From a virus, in the IMG/VR virus record IMGVR_UViG_3300017917_001914, positions 1 to 64,000 of that record: 64,000 bases of DNA; one strand, 5' to 3'. Positions 9,797 to 20,415 of the stretch are shown here, one piece after another (the stretch's first letter is position 1; each line of letters begins with the position of its first letter). A program made the translations under genes and the position numbers. Under the pieces are notes generated by a model. It was not told the origin of the DNA and did not search any database. It saw nothing but the letters and a program-made list of their open reading frames with translations.

Positions 9797-11127
9797 TGAA
9801 TAAACAATCAACATTAGGATTTGATAAGATATACGTAATAAATTTAAAACGTAGACCTGATAGAAAAGAGAACTTAATTAAAACCCTTCCGGGTCTTGAT
9901 TTAACATTTATTGAAGCGGTCGACGGTAATGAATTATCCGTTGAACAGTTAATAAAAGAAAAAAAACTTAACAAGTCATTTTTTGACCCTTGGGGTAAAG
10001 TGACTATGGGAATTTTTGCTTGTGCATTATCCCACAAAAAAGCGTGGGAACAAGCTTTAACAGATGGTGTTGAGACGGCATTGTTTTTAGAGGATGATGT
10101 GTATTTGACAATTCCTGTTTTAGAAAATGGTAATTTTACCCCTGAATATCAATCTATATTTGATGATATTCAAGAATACGATTGGGACTTGGTTCATTTA
10201 GGTAAAAAGACATCAGGACAAAGTGGTATTGATGTTAGTAAACATTTGGTGATTCCAAAATATAATACAAATTATAATGGTGCTCATTCGTATATTGCAA
10301 CAAGAGATATGATAAAAACAATGTCGGAAGAATATTGTCCAATTAGATATGCTGCAGACATTTATTTAGAACAATTTTACAATACTCATAATACTTTCAC
10401 ATTAAGTAAAAATTTGTTTAAACAGATTAGTGATAACTTTAGTGCGGAAAACGCTGACTCTGACACATATTACAATGAATATAGAGAAGGTGGTGGACGT
10501 GTTGGTCTTTCATTTGATGAAAATGGTAATGTTTTAAATAAGAAAATTGTGAACTACCTAAAACAACCTAAAGATATTATTGATAGATATGTTGAGTTAG
10601 TTTTAGATAAACCAAACTTTGGTATACAAAAATTTAACAAACCAAACTTTTTTGGAATAACAAAATTATTAACTTTTCTTTCTACTGAATTAGGTGATAA
10701 TGAAACGATGGTAGAGATTTATTCCCATTTTGGTGAACTAACTTTTTTCTTTGGTAGTTGTGGATTATTTAACAATATCTACGCAATTGACCCTTTATGT
10801 GGTGAAGATAGATTTAATATTGAAACCGAGACTACTTGGGACGATGTTAGAGTTGGATTCCACAGCAATACATATCATTTTAGAAACATATCTCATATTG
10901 AGAAAACTCCGGATGAGGTCTCTGAAGATTTTAGTAATGTCTCGTTTTTATTTATTAATAATCGAAACAATGGTGATGTAACATCATTAATTTCTCAATA
11001 TTATGATAAGATTAAAGATGACGGATATATTGGGGGTGATTGTTATGAAAAAATCAACATACCTAACGCTAAAGTATTTGATAACGGATATTGGGTCATT
11101 AAAAAAAATGAACTCTATTTAAATTAA
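9793..11127 (+). CDS. GT25-family glycosyltransferase fused to a class I methyltransferase-like domain
   Basis: IYVINLKRRPDRK, FIEAVDG, ACALSHKKAW, LFLEDD, GAHSYI are GT25 motifs; C-terminal MVEIYSHFGE...IYAIDP...KIKDDGYIGGDCY resembles Methyltransf_24. Confidence 0.8.
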   Translation: MMNKQSTLGFDKIYVINLKRRPDRKENLIKTLPGLDLTFIEAVDGNELSVEQLIKEKKLNKSFFDPWGKVTMGIFACALSHKKAWEQALTDGVETALFLEDDVYLTIPVLENGNFTPEYQSIFDDIQEYDWDLVHLGKKTSGQSGIDVSKHLVIPKYNTNYNGAHSYIATRDMIKTMSEEYCPIRYAADIYLEQFYNTHNTFTLSKNLFKQISDNFSAENADSDTYYNEYREGGGRVGLSFDENGNVLNKKIVNYLKQPKDIIDRYVELVLDKPNFGIQKFNKPNFFGITKLLTFLSTELGDNETMVEIYSHFGELTFFFGSCGLFNNIYAIDPLCGEDRFNIETETTWDDVRVGFHSNTYHFRNISHIEKTPDEVSEDFSNVSFLFINNRNNGDVTSLISQYYDKIKDDGYIGGDCYEKINIPNAKVFDNGYWVIKKNELYLN

Positions 11128-11153
11128 AAAACCCTCATACGAGGGTTTTTTTT
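11126..11153. terminator. Bidirectional terminator between convergent genes
   Basis: aaaaaaccctc-atac-gagggtttttt. Confidence 0.8.
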
Positions 11154-12027
11154 ATTGTTGGTCTATTGCGTCTACTATTTTCTGAATATCAAAAACTTCG
11201 TATAAGTCATTATAAGGTATTGAACTGATGTCTTGGAATAAAAGATATTTAGAATAATGTGGATGATTTAAATCAGGTGTTTTTGTTGGTTCATTTGCCA
11301 TAATATTATTATGAATATCAAATCCAAATACTTTAGGATTAGTCCCAACCCAAGTAACAACTGATGGTAAATTTAAAGCTGTGGCGATGTGCATTACACT
11401 ACTATCAATCAATAATCTTTTTGTTGACATACTTAACAACACCGCAATACTTCTGAAAGAATCTAACGCTTGGAATGTGTTTTCATAAGTAATTTGGTCT
11501 TCTCTCTTAACGTGTAAGATTGCATAATCTTTAGCATAATGATTAATAATATCTTGCATTATTGGTTGAGGAATATCTCTTGTCCAACTATACTTTAAAG
11601 GTTGATTAAATGCCCCACCATGTGGTTGAATAACCATAATTGGTTTGTCTAATTTGTAAAACGATTCAAAGTATTGTTTTTCAGCTTTAGTAATAAACAA
11701 CTCCGGTTTTTCTCCATCATAATTTAAACCATACATTTCACACCATAATTGAATAAGATGTTTTTCTTCGGTAATATAACTTGAGGTTGTGTATGGGTCA
11801 GACACAAATACTTTAGCTTCTTTACCCATAATGTATTTTTCATATATTCCACTCATTGTTTCATGAGTTAATACTTTATTAACATTTGGATTACCAATAA
11901 AGACATCCGGATAACTACTAACAACAATTATGTTAGCTTTACTATATTGTTTTTTTATAGATTTTAATACTGCGGTTGCCATGATATTCTTACCAAGTCC
12001 CCCATCGATTTGAAATATTACATTCAT
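11152..12027 (-). CDS. GT9 (heptosyltransferase-like) glycosyltransferase
   Basis: GGLGKNIMATAVLKSIK, VIQPHGG, IDSSVMHIATALNLPSVVTW match GT9 motifs. Confidence 0.7.
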   Translation of the reverse strand: MNVIFQIDGGLGKNIMATAVLKSIKKQYSKANIIVVSSYPDVFIGNPNVNKVLTHETMSGIYEKYIMGKEAKVFVSDPYTTSSYITEEKHLIQLWCEMYGLNYDGEKPELFITKAEKQYFESFYKLDKPIMVIQPHGGAFNQPLKYSWTRDIPQPIMQDIINHYAKDYAILHVKREDQITYENTFQALDSFRSIAVLLSMSTKRLLIDSSVMHIATALNLPSVVTWVGTNPKVFGFDIHNNIMANEPTKTPDLNHPHYSKYLLFQDISSIPYNDLYEVFDIQKIVDAIDQQ

Positions 12028-12028
12028 A

Positions 12029-12247
12029 TTATTCTTTATTTTCTTTTAATCCAAATTTTATCCATTTATACCACACTCTTTCATGTAGGAAATATATTAA
12101 TGGTTTTATACATAATTCTGTCAATCCAATACTACCTGAAACCCAAAAATTACCTGTAAATAGGTAAGAGATTAAACAGGTTTGTAATGTCCCTAACATT
12201 CTATAACTTATGGCTTTACCTACGTGTCTTTTTACTTCTACTTTCAT
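12029..12247 (-). CDS. DUF2061-like small membrane protein
   Basis: RHVGKAISYRMLGT...ELCIKPLIYFLHERVW pattern. Confidence 0.75.
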   Translation of the reverse strand: MKVEVKRHVGKAISYRMLGTLQTCLISYLFTGNFWVSGSIGLTELCIKPLIYFLHERVWYKWIKFGLKENKE

Positions 12248-12480
12248 TATCTAACAATTACTACATCACCTTTCCAAATTACCTCATTTGCTGTACAGCT
12301 AAGGTGGTGTTTATCCACATCTGTGTTTCTTGATGGGTCATATACAATATCTCTTGTTGTATGTGGTGGTATTTCAAAAATTACATTTGATGCAACGTTT
12401 TCAACACCATCAATTAATATTCTCCAAAACAAGTGATTATCATCACAAAGTGTATTATATCTTAATTTAACATCAATCAT
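12247..12480 (-). CDS. Hypothetical protein (77 aa)
   Basis: Tightly coupled ORF within the minus-strand operon. Confidence 0.65.
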   Translation of the reverse strand: MIDVKLRYNTLCDDNHLFWRILIDGVENVASNVIFEIPPHTTRDIVYDPSRNTDVDKHHLSCTANEVIWKGDVVIVR

Positions 12481-12887
12481 AACTTACCTTCTTTTTTCAT
12501 TTGTTCTCTAATCTTTGTTGCTGATATATCGTGAATTTCTTGTGGTGGAATATGTTCGATAATATCATATCCAACACCTCTACCAAACTCAATTGAACAA
12601 ATATCAGGAATAACCATCACTTTAACTCTTTCTTCTTCTGAATAAAAGTTTGAGATGTTCTCTCTAACTTGTTCTGCGGTAAACGGATTTTTCTCGTCCG
12701 GTTGTATATCTCTTATACAGATTAAAACATTCTTACCCTCATCCATTGCTCTTTTAAACAATTCTTGGTGTCCCAAATGTAATGGTTGCCATCTACCAAC
12801 AAACATCGCAAATTGACCATCCTTTGATGGTAATGATGAACCTACGTGTATTTTTTTACTCCAATTTTCCATTTTGTTTATATTCAT
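12477..12887 (-). CDS. HxGH nucleotidyltransferase (cytidylyltransferase-like; candidate minimal ATP sulfurylase). True start may be the downstream Met (MENWSK)
   Basis: FVGRWQPLHLGH and ISATKIR motifs; adjacent to APS kinase. Confidence 0.75.
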   Translation of the reverse strand: MNINKMENWSKKIHVGSSLPSKDGQFAMFVGRWQPLHLGHQELFKRAMDEGKNVLICIRDIQPDEKNPFTAEQVRENISNFYSEEERVKVMVIPDICSIEFGRGVGYDIIEHIPPQEIHDISATKIREQMKKEGKL

Positions 12888-13314
12888 AAATTTTTTGAGT
12901 TATTTTTCCTATTGAAATTTGTTCTATAACATTTGTTGTATCCACATCCACAAAGTTTTCTGTTGGTGGTTCATAGTTAGATACGTGATAATCTTCTCTA
13001 CCTCTAATATCTTGGGTGTGAACATAAAACTCTAAAACATTATGTTTGTTTTTAAATTCATCACGTTGGTCTTTATAAGGTGATACTAATGAAACTATCA
13101 CATCAAAACCTTTAGAATCTAAAAATAATGAGATATCTTGAGCTTTCTCAATATTTTTTCTTCTTCCGGCTTCAGAGTAATCTTTGTTTTGAAAGACATC
13201 TCTAATATCGTCCCCATCTACAAGTATTGTATTACTTGGGTGTAGATAATCTTTAAGTTGTTTTGCTAATGTGGTCTTACCTGCTCCGGGTTGACCTGTA
13301 AACCAATATATCAT
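12856..13314 (-). CDS. cysC: Adenylyl-sulfate (APS) kinase
   Basis: WFTGQPGAGKTT, VDGDDIR, YSEAGRRKNI, VSLVSPY, YEPP. Confidence 0.9.
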   Translation of the reverse strand: MIYWFTGQPGAGKTTLAKQLKDYLHPSNTILVDGDDIRDVFQNKDYSEAGRRKNIEKAQDISLFLDSKGFDVIVSLVSPYKDQRDEFKNKHNVLEFYVHTQDIRGREDYHVSNYEPPTENFVDVDTTNVIEQISIGKITQKIYEYKQNGKLE

Positions 13315-13326
13315 AATTAAAATTTT

Positions 13327-14148
13327 TTATACATATCCAAAATAATCATAAAACCATTTATAATGATTTTTAATGTTCATTGAAATTTCATAACCTAACA
13401 CTTCCATATAATCATCCGGTTTTCTTTCAAATTTAGGTCTTAATTGATGGTCACCAAATATACCATGTATCCTATCATCTTCATGTGTTAATTGAGAAAT
13501 ATTCTCAAAGTCATGTCCTTCATAATATGGTAATTCTAAATAATTGTAAATTCTACTCATTTCTTCTTCCGGATTACTCATTAAATCTTCATAACGAATG
13601 AATAACATTTTTTCGGCAATACCTTGTTGTATAATGTCCTGTAATCGGTCAATTGCAACACCAACAGGAATACCACTCGCCCAAATATCAACACGTTTGT
13701 TTAAGGTTGTGCCAACTAATTGAGATGGGTTTTGAATCCCATTTTCTCTATGAGGATTTTTACGGAAATTTTTTTCCATAGAAGAATAGATGGCTCTAAT
13801 GTCTCTAACCATACAAATAATTTTTGGTTCAAAGTCTAACATTTCTAATAAACCATAATTAATACCCCACTCTCTACTTTTATCCATAACGATTGGTTTA
13901 TCTGTTAATCGTTTGAAATACCCTTGCATTCCGTCTTTACAGAAATCAACAAACGCTTTGGTCATTTCATCTTGGTCTTGGGCTTGAAAAGCTTGAGAAT
14001 GATTGTAGTTGTTTTTACATGCAATAACAAAATCAACTAAACCGGATGTTGGTGTAGAATAAATTTCAGGGTTTTGTGCTAACAAGTTTTGTATAAGTGT
14101 ACTACCACTTCTTGGTAGTGATGAGTTAAAAAATATTTTTTTCATCAA
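13327..14148 (-). CDS. PAPS-dependent sulfotransferase (Sulfotransfer_3-like)
   Basis: 5'-PSB motif SLPRSGSTL, DKSR, 3'-PB motif MVRDIRAIYSS, IRYEDLMSNP. Confidence 0.9.
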   Translation of the reverse strand: MMKKIFFNSSLPRSGSTLIQNLLAQNPEIYSTPTSGLVDFVIACKNNYNHSQAFQAQDQDEMTKAFVDFCKDGMQGYFKRLTDKPIVMDKSREWGINYGLLEMLDFEPKIICMVRDIRAIYSSMEKNFRKNPHRENGIQNPSQLVGTTLNKRVDIWASGIPVGVAIDRLQDIIQQGIAEKMLFIRYEDLMSNPEEEMSRIYNYLELPYYEGHDFENISQLTHEDDRIHGIFGDHQLRPKFERKPDDYMEVLGYEISMNIKNHYKWFYDYFGYV

Positions 14149-14149
14149 A

Positions 14150-14827
14150 TTAAATATTATATATGTGTATTATTACTTCTGTGTAATGTTCTATGAATTC
14201 ATCTGTCATTAAATTCCATTTAATGTTTACACCATCAATAGAGTATACCTCAACATTTATAAAATATTGTAAGTAAGTATTTCTAAAGTGTTTGAATTTT
14301 TCTTTTAAAATAGGGTCACCTAAATGCCATTCTCCGGCAATTTTTTTAACATTATTTTTAATGAATTCAAAATTTTCATCGTTAAAAATATCATATTCAC
14401 CACCTTCACAATCTGTTTTTAAAAAATTGATAGTTTCAAGATTGTATAGTTCACAAAGTTTTTTAAAGGTTATACCTTCCATTTGTTTTGCACCACCATA
14501 AATGTAATCACCATCAGTATATGTGTCGGTATTTGAAATACCTTTCAATATTGGTGTAACCGGATAACCGATTGTATTTTTAACTAATGTTGGAAATTCA
14601 TATTCACTTGGTTCAATACAATAAACGTGTTTTGGTTTTTTGGATAAAATACTATAAGTAAATGGCCCAACACTTGCACCAAAATCAACAACAATATCAC
14701 CTTCAGAAACTTCAAAGAATTTTTCATAAATTCTTTCAACAAATGTTTCTTGTGTAATTAGTTCTTTATGAAAGAGACCTTCTTCGGTCTGTCCCATCCA
14801 ACCCCAATCAAAATTATTGTAATCCAT
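14150..14827 (-). CDS. FkbM-family methyltransferase
   Basis: VVDFGASVGPF, YCIEP, FLKTDCEGGEY, GEWH. Confidence 0.85.
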   Translation of the reverse strand: MDYNNFDWGWMGQTEEGLFHKELITQETFVERIYEKFFEVSEGDIVVDFGASVGPFTYSILSKKPKHVYCIEPSEYEFPTLVKNTIGYPVTPILKGISNTDTYTDGDYIYGGAKQMEGITFKKLCELYNLETINFLKTDCEGGEYDIFNDENFEFIKNNVKKIAGEWHLGDPILKEKFKHFRNTYLQYFINVEVYSIDGVNIKWNLMTDEFIEHYTEVIIHIYNI

Positions 14828-17800
14828 TATAGTAAATGTTGAATTTGTTGTATTACCATTTCAGGTGTTATTGATTTATGACATTCAAATTGTTTTTCAG
14901 TTCCTTTATTAACAGGACACCAATTCCAATCACCCTTATCAAAGGTAAACTCAGGTTTATTCCAACATCCGTTACAAACTGAATGATTTACAATTCTAGT
15001 ACAATTAAACATAAACTCATGCTCCTCATTTGTAAAGTTAGAAATCATAACAACTTGTTTACCTAATCCCCAAGCTAACCAAGATAAACCGCTGGATAAT
15101 CCGATAAAAAATTCACTATGGTGAATAACATTCATTGTATGATGAATTGATGTATTTTTAATCTTGTTTGCATTTTCAAACGGATTATCTTCTTTGGATA
15201 CGTTTATTACTTTATATCCTAAACCATGAAGATAGTTGATTAATACTTGCCAACCTTCTCTTGTCCAAAATTTACAACCTGCCGTTGAATTAGTTGCTAT
15301 GGTAACATATTTCTTTTGATAAGGTCTTGGGTGAATAGTGTTATGTATATTAGGTTTAATCTCTTTAAATTCTAATCCTAATATGTTGGTAATTGTCTGT
15401 TGTAATGGGATTGTGTTTGGTAATACAGGTTCTTTATCGGTATTGTAAAACCATCCGATAGTATACATAGCATAAAGATTATGTACTGTTGTTCCCGGAA
15501 CAACAAATTCAATTTCAGAATATTCATTTTCAAATAAATGATTCCAAAAAGTGGATACAATAACTTTACAATTATGTTTCTTTTTAAATTCTAAAACATA
15601 TGGAATCCAAGCAATTGAATCCCCTAAAGATTTACTATCGAAAGATATGTAAACTCTTTTATTTGTTAAGTCCATCGTGTTATCATAGATTACCTCATTA
15701 TCTCGAGTAACAACTGCTCTCCATTTGGTGTAATAACTTCTATTTAATTTAACCCAATGATTTGGTTTTATGGTATTTTCATAATGACAAACACCTTTTT
15801 CATCAAAGAATTTTACATTATAATCTTTGTCTCCCGTTCCTTTTATTTCTAAGAATGGTTCTTTAACAAAATGTTGAAATATTTGTACTTCATTATCTAT
15901 CATCGTTTGTTTTTTAATTGGTTCGTTTAATATTTTTTGGTATAACTCGTAATTTTTTTCTGCAAACTCTTTTATGGTATATTTTGGAAATTCATAATAA
16001 ATTTCATCTTTAATTAAATCCAAAAGTTGGTTTTTCATATCAAAAATATCTCCGGATATTTGTTTAATGTAAGGTGTGAACATATCCATATATTGAGGTA
16101 AGTTTCTTGCTAAAATTTTTAGTCCATAAGAAATTCCTTCTCTTAATACCAGTGGATTACATTCCCAAGTTGAGTTAAACATTAGAACATCAGCAGCACA
16201 CATAAATTCACTAACATTATCCTTTTCACCCCATACTCTAACATTGCTTGGTAAATCATTCATAATTGGCTCCCAATATTCTTGGAAGTTAGGTGCTTGA
16301 TTTCCTATGAAATGAAATTCTAATTCTGGGTAAATACCCTCAACCAATCTTGCAATTTCAACACCTTCACCTTGATTTTTACCTGATGTCCACAATCCAA
16401 CATTTATGATGTGAATTTTGTTTGGGTCTAAACCTAACTTTTCTTTATTGGTTTCTTTAGATATTACTATTGTTGGGTTATATGGAAATTCAATTACTTC
16501 ACCATATGATGGCATGTTCATAAAGGTCACTTCTTTATGGAAAGGAGAACAAAACGCATATGCTTCAGGATGGAATATTTTTTCACTATCCGGTTGAAAT
16601 ATTACATTATGACAAGTTTCAACAACTCTCCATGTTCGGTCATTTTTATAAATAAAATTCATTAAGTCATTTGATAGTTTGTTGTGAGCGTCAAACGCCT
16701 CAATCATTTCATCTAAGTGAATTACATCAAAATAATTCTCTTCAATAATTTTCTTTAACTCATTTTTATCTTGACCTAATGTCCAATAATGTGTTGGTGG
16801 TATTAGTTCTTTGATTTTATTTCTTTGTACCACATAATGGTCACTATGGTTTGAATATTCAACAACAAATAGTTCTACCTTCTCACTATATAAACCTAAT
16901 AATGATTCGATTCGTTTTAATAAGAATGATGGCATTCCTCCGGTTGATAGGTGTGGTGCCAAAAATAAAACTCTAATTTTTTCTTTATGATGATTTTTTA
17001 TTTTAGATATTATTTTACCCATTTCTAAAATGTTTTTTTCACCGTGAATAAATAATAAGTCATCTTTTTTATTTGGTATTTTAACCCATAAACTTTCTTC
17101 ATTAATATTATAGTTTGAATAGATTTTATCTATCAATTCTAAATTTCCATTAGCATAAATGTAAGGTAATCCATCAAATATTAATTTTTTCCATAATAAA
17201 ACATTTAAGATAGTTTCTTCATTATATGCCGCATAATATGGAATATCATTTAATACTTCAGGGTGAATACACATTTGATACCACTCATAAAGAAAATCAG
17301 TACATTTTTCATTGGCAACATAATAACCTGTCTGTCTATATTTTTGTCTAACATATTGATTAACATTAAATAATTCACACGCCGGATGTTCTAATGTTGT
17401 CGACATATCTTCTCTAGTCATTGCACCACCTCTTTCACCTATGTGTAGAAAATCATAAATTCCCTCAACAAAATATGGATAATCTTTTGTGTTATCATAT
17501 AAGTCAAAAATTTTATCAACATATGGTGTTGCAATGGAATCACAATCAACAAATGCAACCATTTTAGAGTATTTAGACAATACATCTTTAGTGATTAAAG
17601 GTTTTTGTACTAAAATATTATATATGGTTTTGTTAGTTCTATTAATGTAAAAATTATCACCCTCTTGAATATATCGTTCCGTGTTATCGTCGACTAAATT
17701 TAAATTCCACATTATGGTTGCAACATCTTTAATTCCAACCATTTTGTTTGAGTTAATAAGGTATAAAAATATTGGTAAGTCACTATATTCTCGGATTGAT

Positions 17801-19170
17801 TTAATACACATTTTAGCAACATCAAAATAATTTTCTGTGGCATATAGAACATAAGCTTTCTCTACCTTGTCTTTAATGATTAAAGGTTCTCTTTTTGGGT
17901 ACGAAGTATTAATAAGATTATGGTGGTGTATTTGAGTTGACATATATTGTAACCCAATTTCGTTTTCTAATAATAATTCTCTAACCGGTGAATTAAATTG
18001 GTTTGTTTTGTATTTTGATAATAATTCAATAATACCTTTGCTATAAGCAATTGGGCCGGTAACCCTCAATACGGTTTCTTTATCTGACCCCCCAATATAA
18101 TTTTTAATATTTTCTTTAACAATTTCAATTACTCGATGTAAAAATGGATGTTTTGGTCGACATATTATATGCCAATTTTGAAACTCACCAAACTGATATT
18201 TTAATTCATCCGCCCAATCCAAACCTTCCCAATGTGTTAACAGATACTCATCGGTCGGTAATAATGTTTCTTCCAATGGAATTGTGGTACAACTTTTAAT
18301 ATCTAAATAAACACCACCAACCTTATACATTAAAAGGTATCTAAAAAAATCAGATTTTGCTGACCCATAATTTGGATTAATACTTAAATAAAGATTTAAA
18401 GTTTCTTCATCATAATTTTCTTTAATAAAATTAAGACAATCTTCATCATTATAAAACCTGTATTCAAAAGTAGGGTTCATATCTTTTAACCTTTGAACCA
18501 CCTCACTTATTTCAGTTGGTAAATCATTAGTTTTATATGTTTGATGTATTACTCTAGGTATTAGAGGTTTCATTAATGTAATATCACTAATGTGTTTAAT
18601 AATTTGATATTCAGGTAATTCCGATATTAATTTATCAATTTCAACTTTGTTTGAAACACCATCGTGATATTCTAATGTTATTTTGTTTGGGATTGGAAAT
18701 GAATGTTCTTTACAATAGTTTAAAAAATCTCTAAAGATGATGTGGTCATGACCTTCAGTGTCAATTTTTAAATAATCTACCGACCCAACATTATAGGTGT
18801 CAATTAATGTTTTCCAACTAATTGTTGGTACGTTTTCTATGGTAACCAAACTATTGTATAATTCTTCACCTAATTCTTTAATTGCAAAAGGGTGGGGATT
18901 ATTGATTGAGTTACTTCCTCTAACCCACCAAGGTAAATTATTTTCCTCTATTTTCCAATCATCAATGTAGTAGACATCTACTTCACCATCTGTAGTAGAT
19001 AACGCCGCTTGGACTTTAATTACATTCTGTTTATTGGGTAATCTATTTATGTAATATTTTATTGGTTCAATACTAATACCGATTGTATCGTCATTTGCGG
19101 TTTCAATTAATGTATCAAAATCTGAAGTACCTATTTCAATAAAATCGTAATGTTTGAGGTTTAACGACAT
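14827..19170 (-). CDS. Multidomain enzyme: FkbM methyltransferase + GT32-like + GT-A + GT4 + TibC/Aah-like protein heptosyltransferase
   Basis: FIEIGTSDF...YLKIDTEGHD; IPRVIHQT...KSDFFRYLLMYKVGGVYLDIK...TGP; FVDCD...YNEETILN; HLSTGGMP...NVGLWTSGKNQ...ECNPLVLRE; SKSLGDSIAW...FIGLSSGLSWLAW...CNGCW...WCP...FECHKSIT. Confidence 0.85.
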   Translation of the reverse strand: MSLNLKHYDFIEIGTSDFDTLIETANDDTIGISIEPIKYYINRLPNKQNVIKVQAALSTTDGEVDVYYIDDWKIEENNLPWWVRGSNSINNPHPFAIKELGEELYNSLVTIENVPTISWKTLIDTYNVGSVDYLKIDTEGHDHIIFRDFLNYCKEHSFPIPNKITLEYHDGVSNKVEIDKLISELPEYQIIKHISDITLMKPLIPRVIHQTYKTNDLPTEISEVVQRLKDMNPTFEYRFYNDEDCLNFIKENYDEETLNLYLSINPNYGSAKSDFFRYLLMYKVGGVYLDIKSCTTIPLEETLLPTDEYLLTHWEGLDWADELKYQFGEFQNWHIICRPKHPFLHRVIEIVKENIKNYIGGSDKETVLRVTGPIAYSKGIIELLSKYKTNQFNSPVRELLLENEIGLQYMSTQIHHHNLINTSYPKREPLIIKDKVEKAYVLYATENYFDVAKMCIKSIREYSDLPIFLYLINSNKMVGIKDVATIMWNLNLVDDNTERYIQEGDNFYINRTNKTIYNILVQKPLITKDVLSKYSKMVAFVDCDSIATPYVDKIFDLYDNTKDYPYFVEGIYDFLHIGERGGAMTREDMSTTLEHPACELFNVNQYVRQKYRQTGYYVANEKCTDFLYEWYQMCIHPEVLNDIPYYAAYNEETILNVLLWKKLIFDGLPYIYANGNLELIDKIYSNYNINEESLWVKIPNKKDDLLFIHGEKNILEMGKIISKIKNHHKEKIRVLFLAPHLSTGGMPSFLLKRIESLLGLYSEKVELFVVEYSNHSDHYVVQRNKIKELIPPTHYWTLGQDKNELKKIIEENYFDVIHLDEMIEAFDAHNKLSNDLMNFIYKNDRTWRVVETCHNVIFQPDSEKIFHPEAYAFCSPFHKEVTFMNMPSYGEVIEFPYNPTIVISKETNKEKLGLDPNKIHIINVGLWTSGKNQGEGVEIARLVEGIYPELEFHFIGNQAPNFQEYWEPIMNDLPSNVRVWGEKDNVSEFMCAADVLMFNSTWECNPLVLREGISYGLKILARNLPQYMDMFTPYIKQISGDIFDMKNQLLDLIKDEIYYEFPKYTIKEFAEKNYELYQKILNEPIKKQTMIDNEVQIFQHFVKEPFLEIKGTGDKDYNVKFFDEKGVCHYENTIKPNHWVKLNRSYYTKWRAVVTRDNEVIYDNTMDLTNKRVYISFDSKSLGDSIAWIPYVLEFKKKHNCKVIVSTFWNHLFENEYSEIEFVVPGTTVHNLYAMYTIGWFYNTDKEPVLPNTIPLQQTITNILGLEFKEIKPNIHNTIHPRPYQKKYVTIATNSTAGCKFWTREGWQVLINYLHGLGYKVINVSKEDNPFENANKIKNTSIHHTMNVIHHSEFFIGLSSGLSWLAWGLGKQVVMISNFTNEEHEFMFNCTRIVNHSVCNGCWNKPEFTFDKGDWNWCPVNKGTEKQFECHKSITPEMVIQQIQHLL

Positions 19171-19273
19171 ATTTTTTTTATTACAAAAATAATAAATTCT
19201 TACTAAACTTCCATACTAAACTTTAAAATAATTAAGTATTTATGGTAAAATAATTCTACTTATATTTATAGTA

Positions 19274-20350
19274 ATGCAAGTAATTGAAATAACAAGTTTA
19301 TCCGGTCATTCCCCATTTAATATCTCAATATGTGATATAACATTAACTTATTGTTATGTGGTAGCAACCGGTGTTGTATCAGTTCCTCCTATATTAGAAT
19401 TACCGATACCGGTTCAATTAGAAGGTGCTCAACAAATTATAGTTAAAGTTGTTGACTCAATTGGTTGTCAAGAATTACTTTTACAGAGTTGTCCGGGAAC
19501 TCCAACTCCAACACCAACTCAAACCCCAACCCCAACACCTACAAATGTAATCATCTGTAATTGTATTTCATTCAAAAATACAACTTCAGGTAATTTAAAT
19601 TTTAGTTATACTCAGTGTGATGGTACAATATTTAATGGAGATGTTCAATCAGGAACTACCTTATATTATTGTGGTAGATTACCATCAGCGGATGTTGGTG
19701 TTGATATAACAATTTATGAGGTATGTTTTGATAATACTTGTCCTGATTCAGTTTTAACTCCAACACCAACACCTACTCAAACATCAACTCCGACACCAAC
19801 TCCAACACAAACATCAACTCCAACGACAACACCTACGCAAACACCAACGCCTACTGAAACTCCAACATCAACACCAACTGAAACTCCAACATCAACACCA
19901 ACTGAAACTCCAACATCAACTCCGACACCAACACCTACGCAAACACCAACATCAACGCCAACTGAAACTCCAACGTCAACACCAACTGAAACACCAACAT
20001 CAACACCAACTGAAACTCCAACATCAACGCCAACTGAAACTCCAACGTCAACACCTACACCAACACCAACGTCGACACCAAATCCAAATTGTTATTATTA
20101 TGACGTAACAATAAGTGGTACAGATTTAGCGGCGTCAACAGGTAATTCTTCATACCCTAATAATACTGTTTTCGTTAATTATACGGATTGTTTTGGTGGT
20201 TCTGTGTCAACACCTTATACTGTTGCGGGGACTTATTTTAATGATATTTGTGCTGATGATACACAACCAATAGTTGTCTTATATTATCAAAATGATTTGG
20301 CTTATTTAACTATAAGTAGTTTTGTGACCCAACAAGGTAATTGTCCGTAA
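19274..20350 (+). CDS. Pro/Thr-rich mucin-like putative virion protein with Cys-containing globular domains
   Basis: TPTPTQ and (TPTETPTS)n tracts between Cys-rich beta domains. Confidence 0.8.
   Translation: MQVIEITSLSGHSPFNISICDITLTYCYVVATGVVSVPPILELPIPVQLEGAQQIIVKVVDSIGCQELLLQSCPGTPTPTPTQTPTPTPTNVIICNCISFKNTTSGNLNFSYTQCDGTIFNGDVQSGTTLYYCGRLPSADVGVDITIYEVCFDNTCPDSVLTPTPTPTQTSTPTPTPTQTSTPTTTPTQTPTPTETPTSTPTETPTSTPTETPTSTPTPTPTQTPTSTPTETPTSTPTETPTSTPTETPTSTPTETPTSTPTPTPTSTPNPNCYYYDVTISGTDLAASTGNSSYPNNTVFVNYTDCFGGSVSTPYTVAGTYFNDICADDTQPIVVLYYQNDLAYLTISSFVTQQGNCP
19760..20085 (+). repeat. Tandem 24-bp repeat encoding (TPTETPTS)n
   Basis: acaccaactgaaactccaacatca-type units repeated. Confidence 0.85.
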
Positions 20351-20415
20351 TAATTAACTAATAATATTTATCTTTCAATTCAAATCATTATATTTTGTGT
20401 AAAAACAAGAGATAA

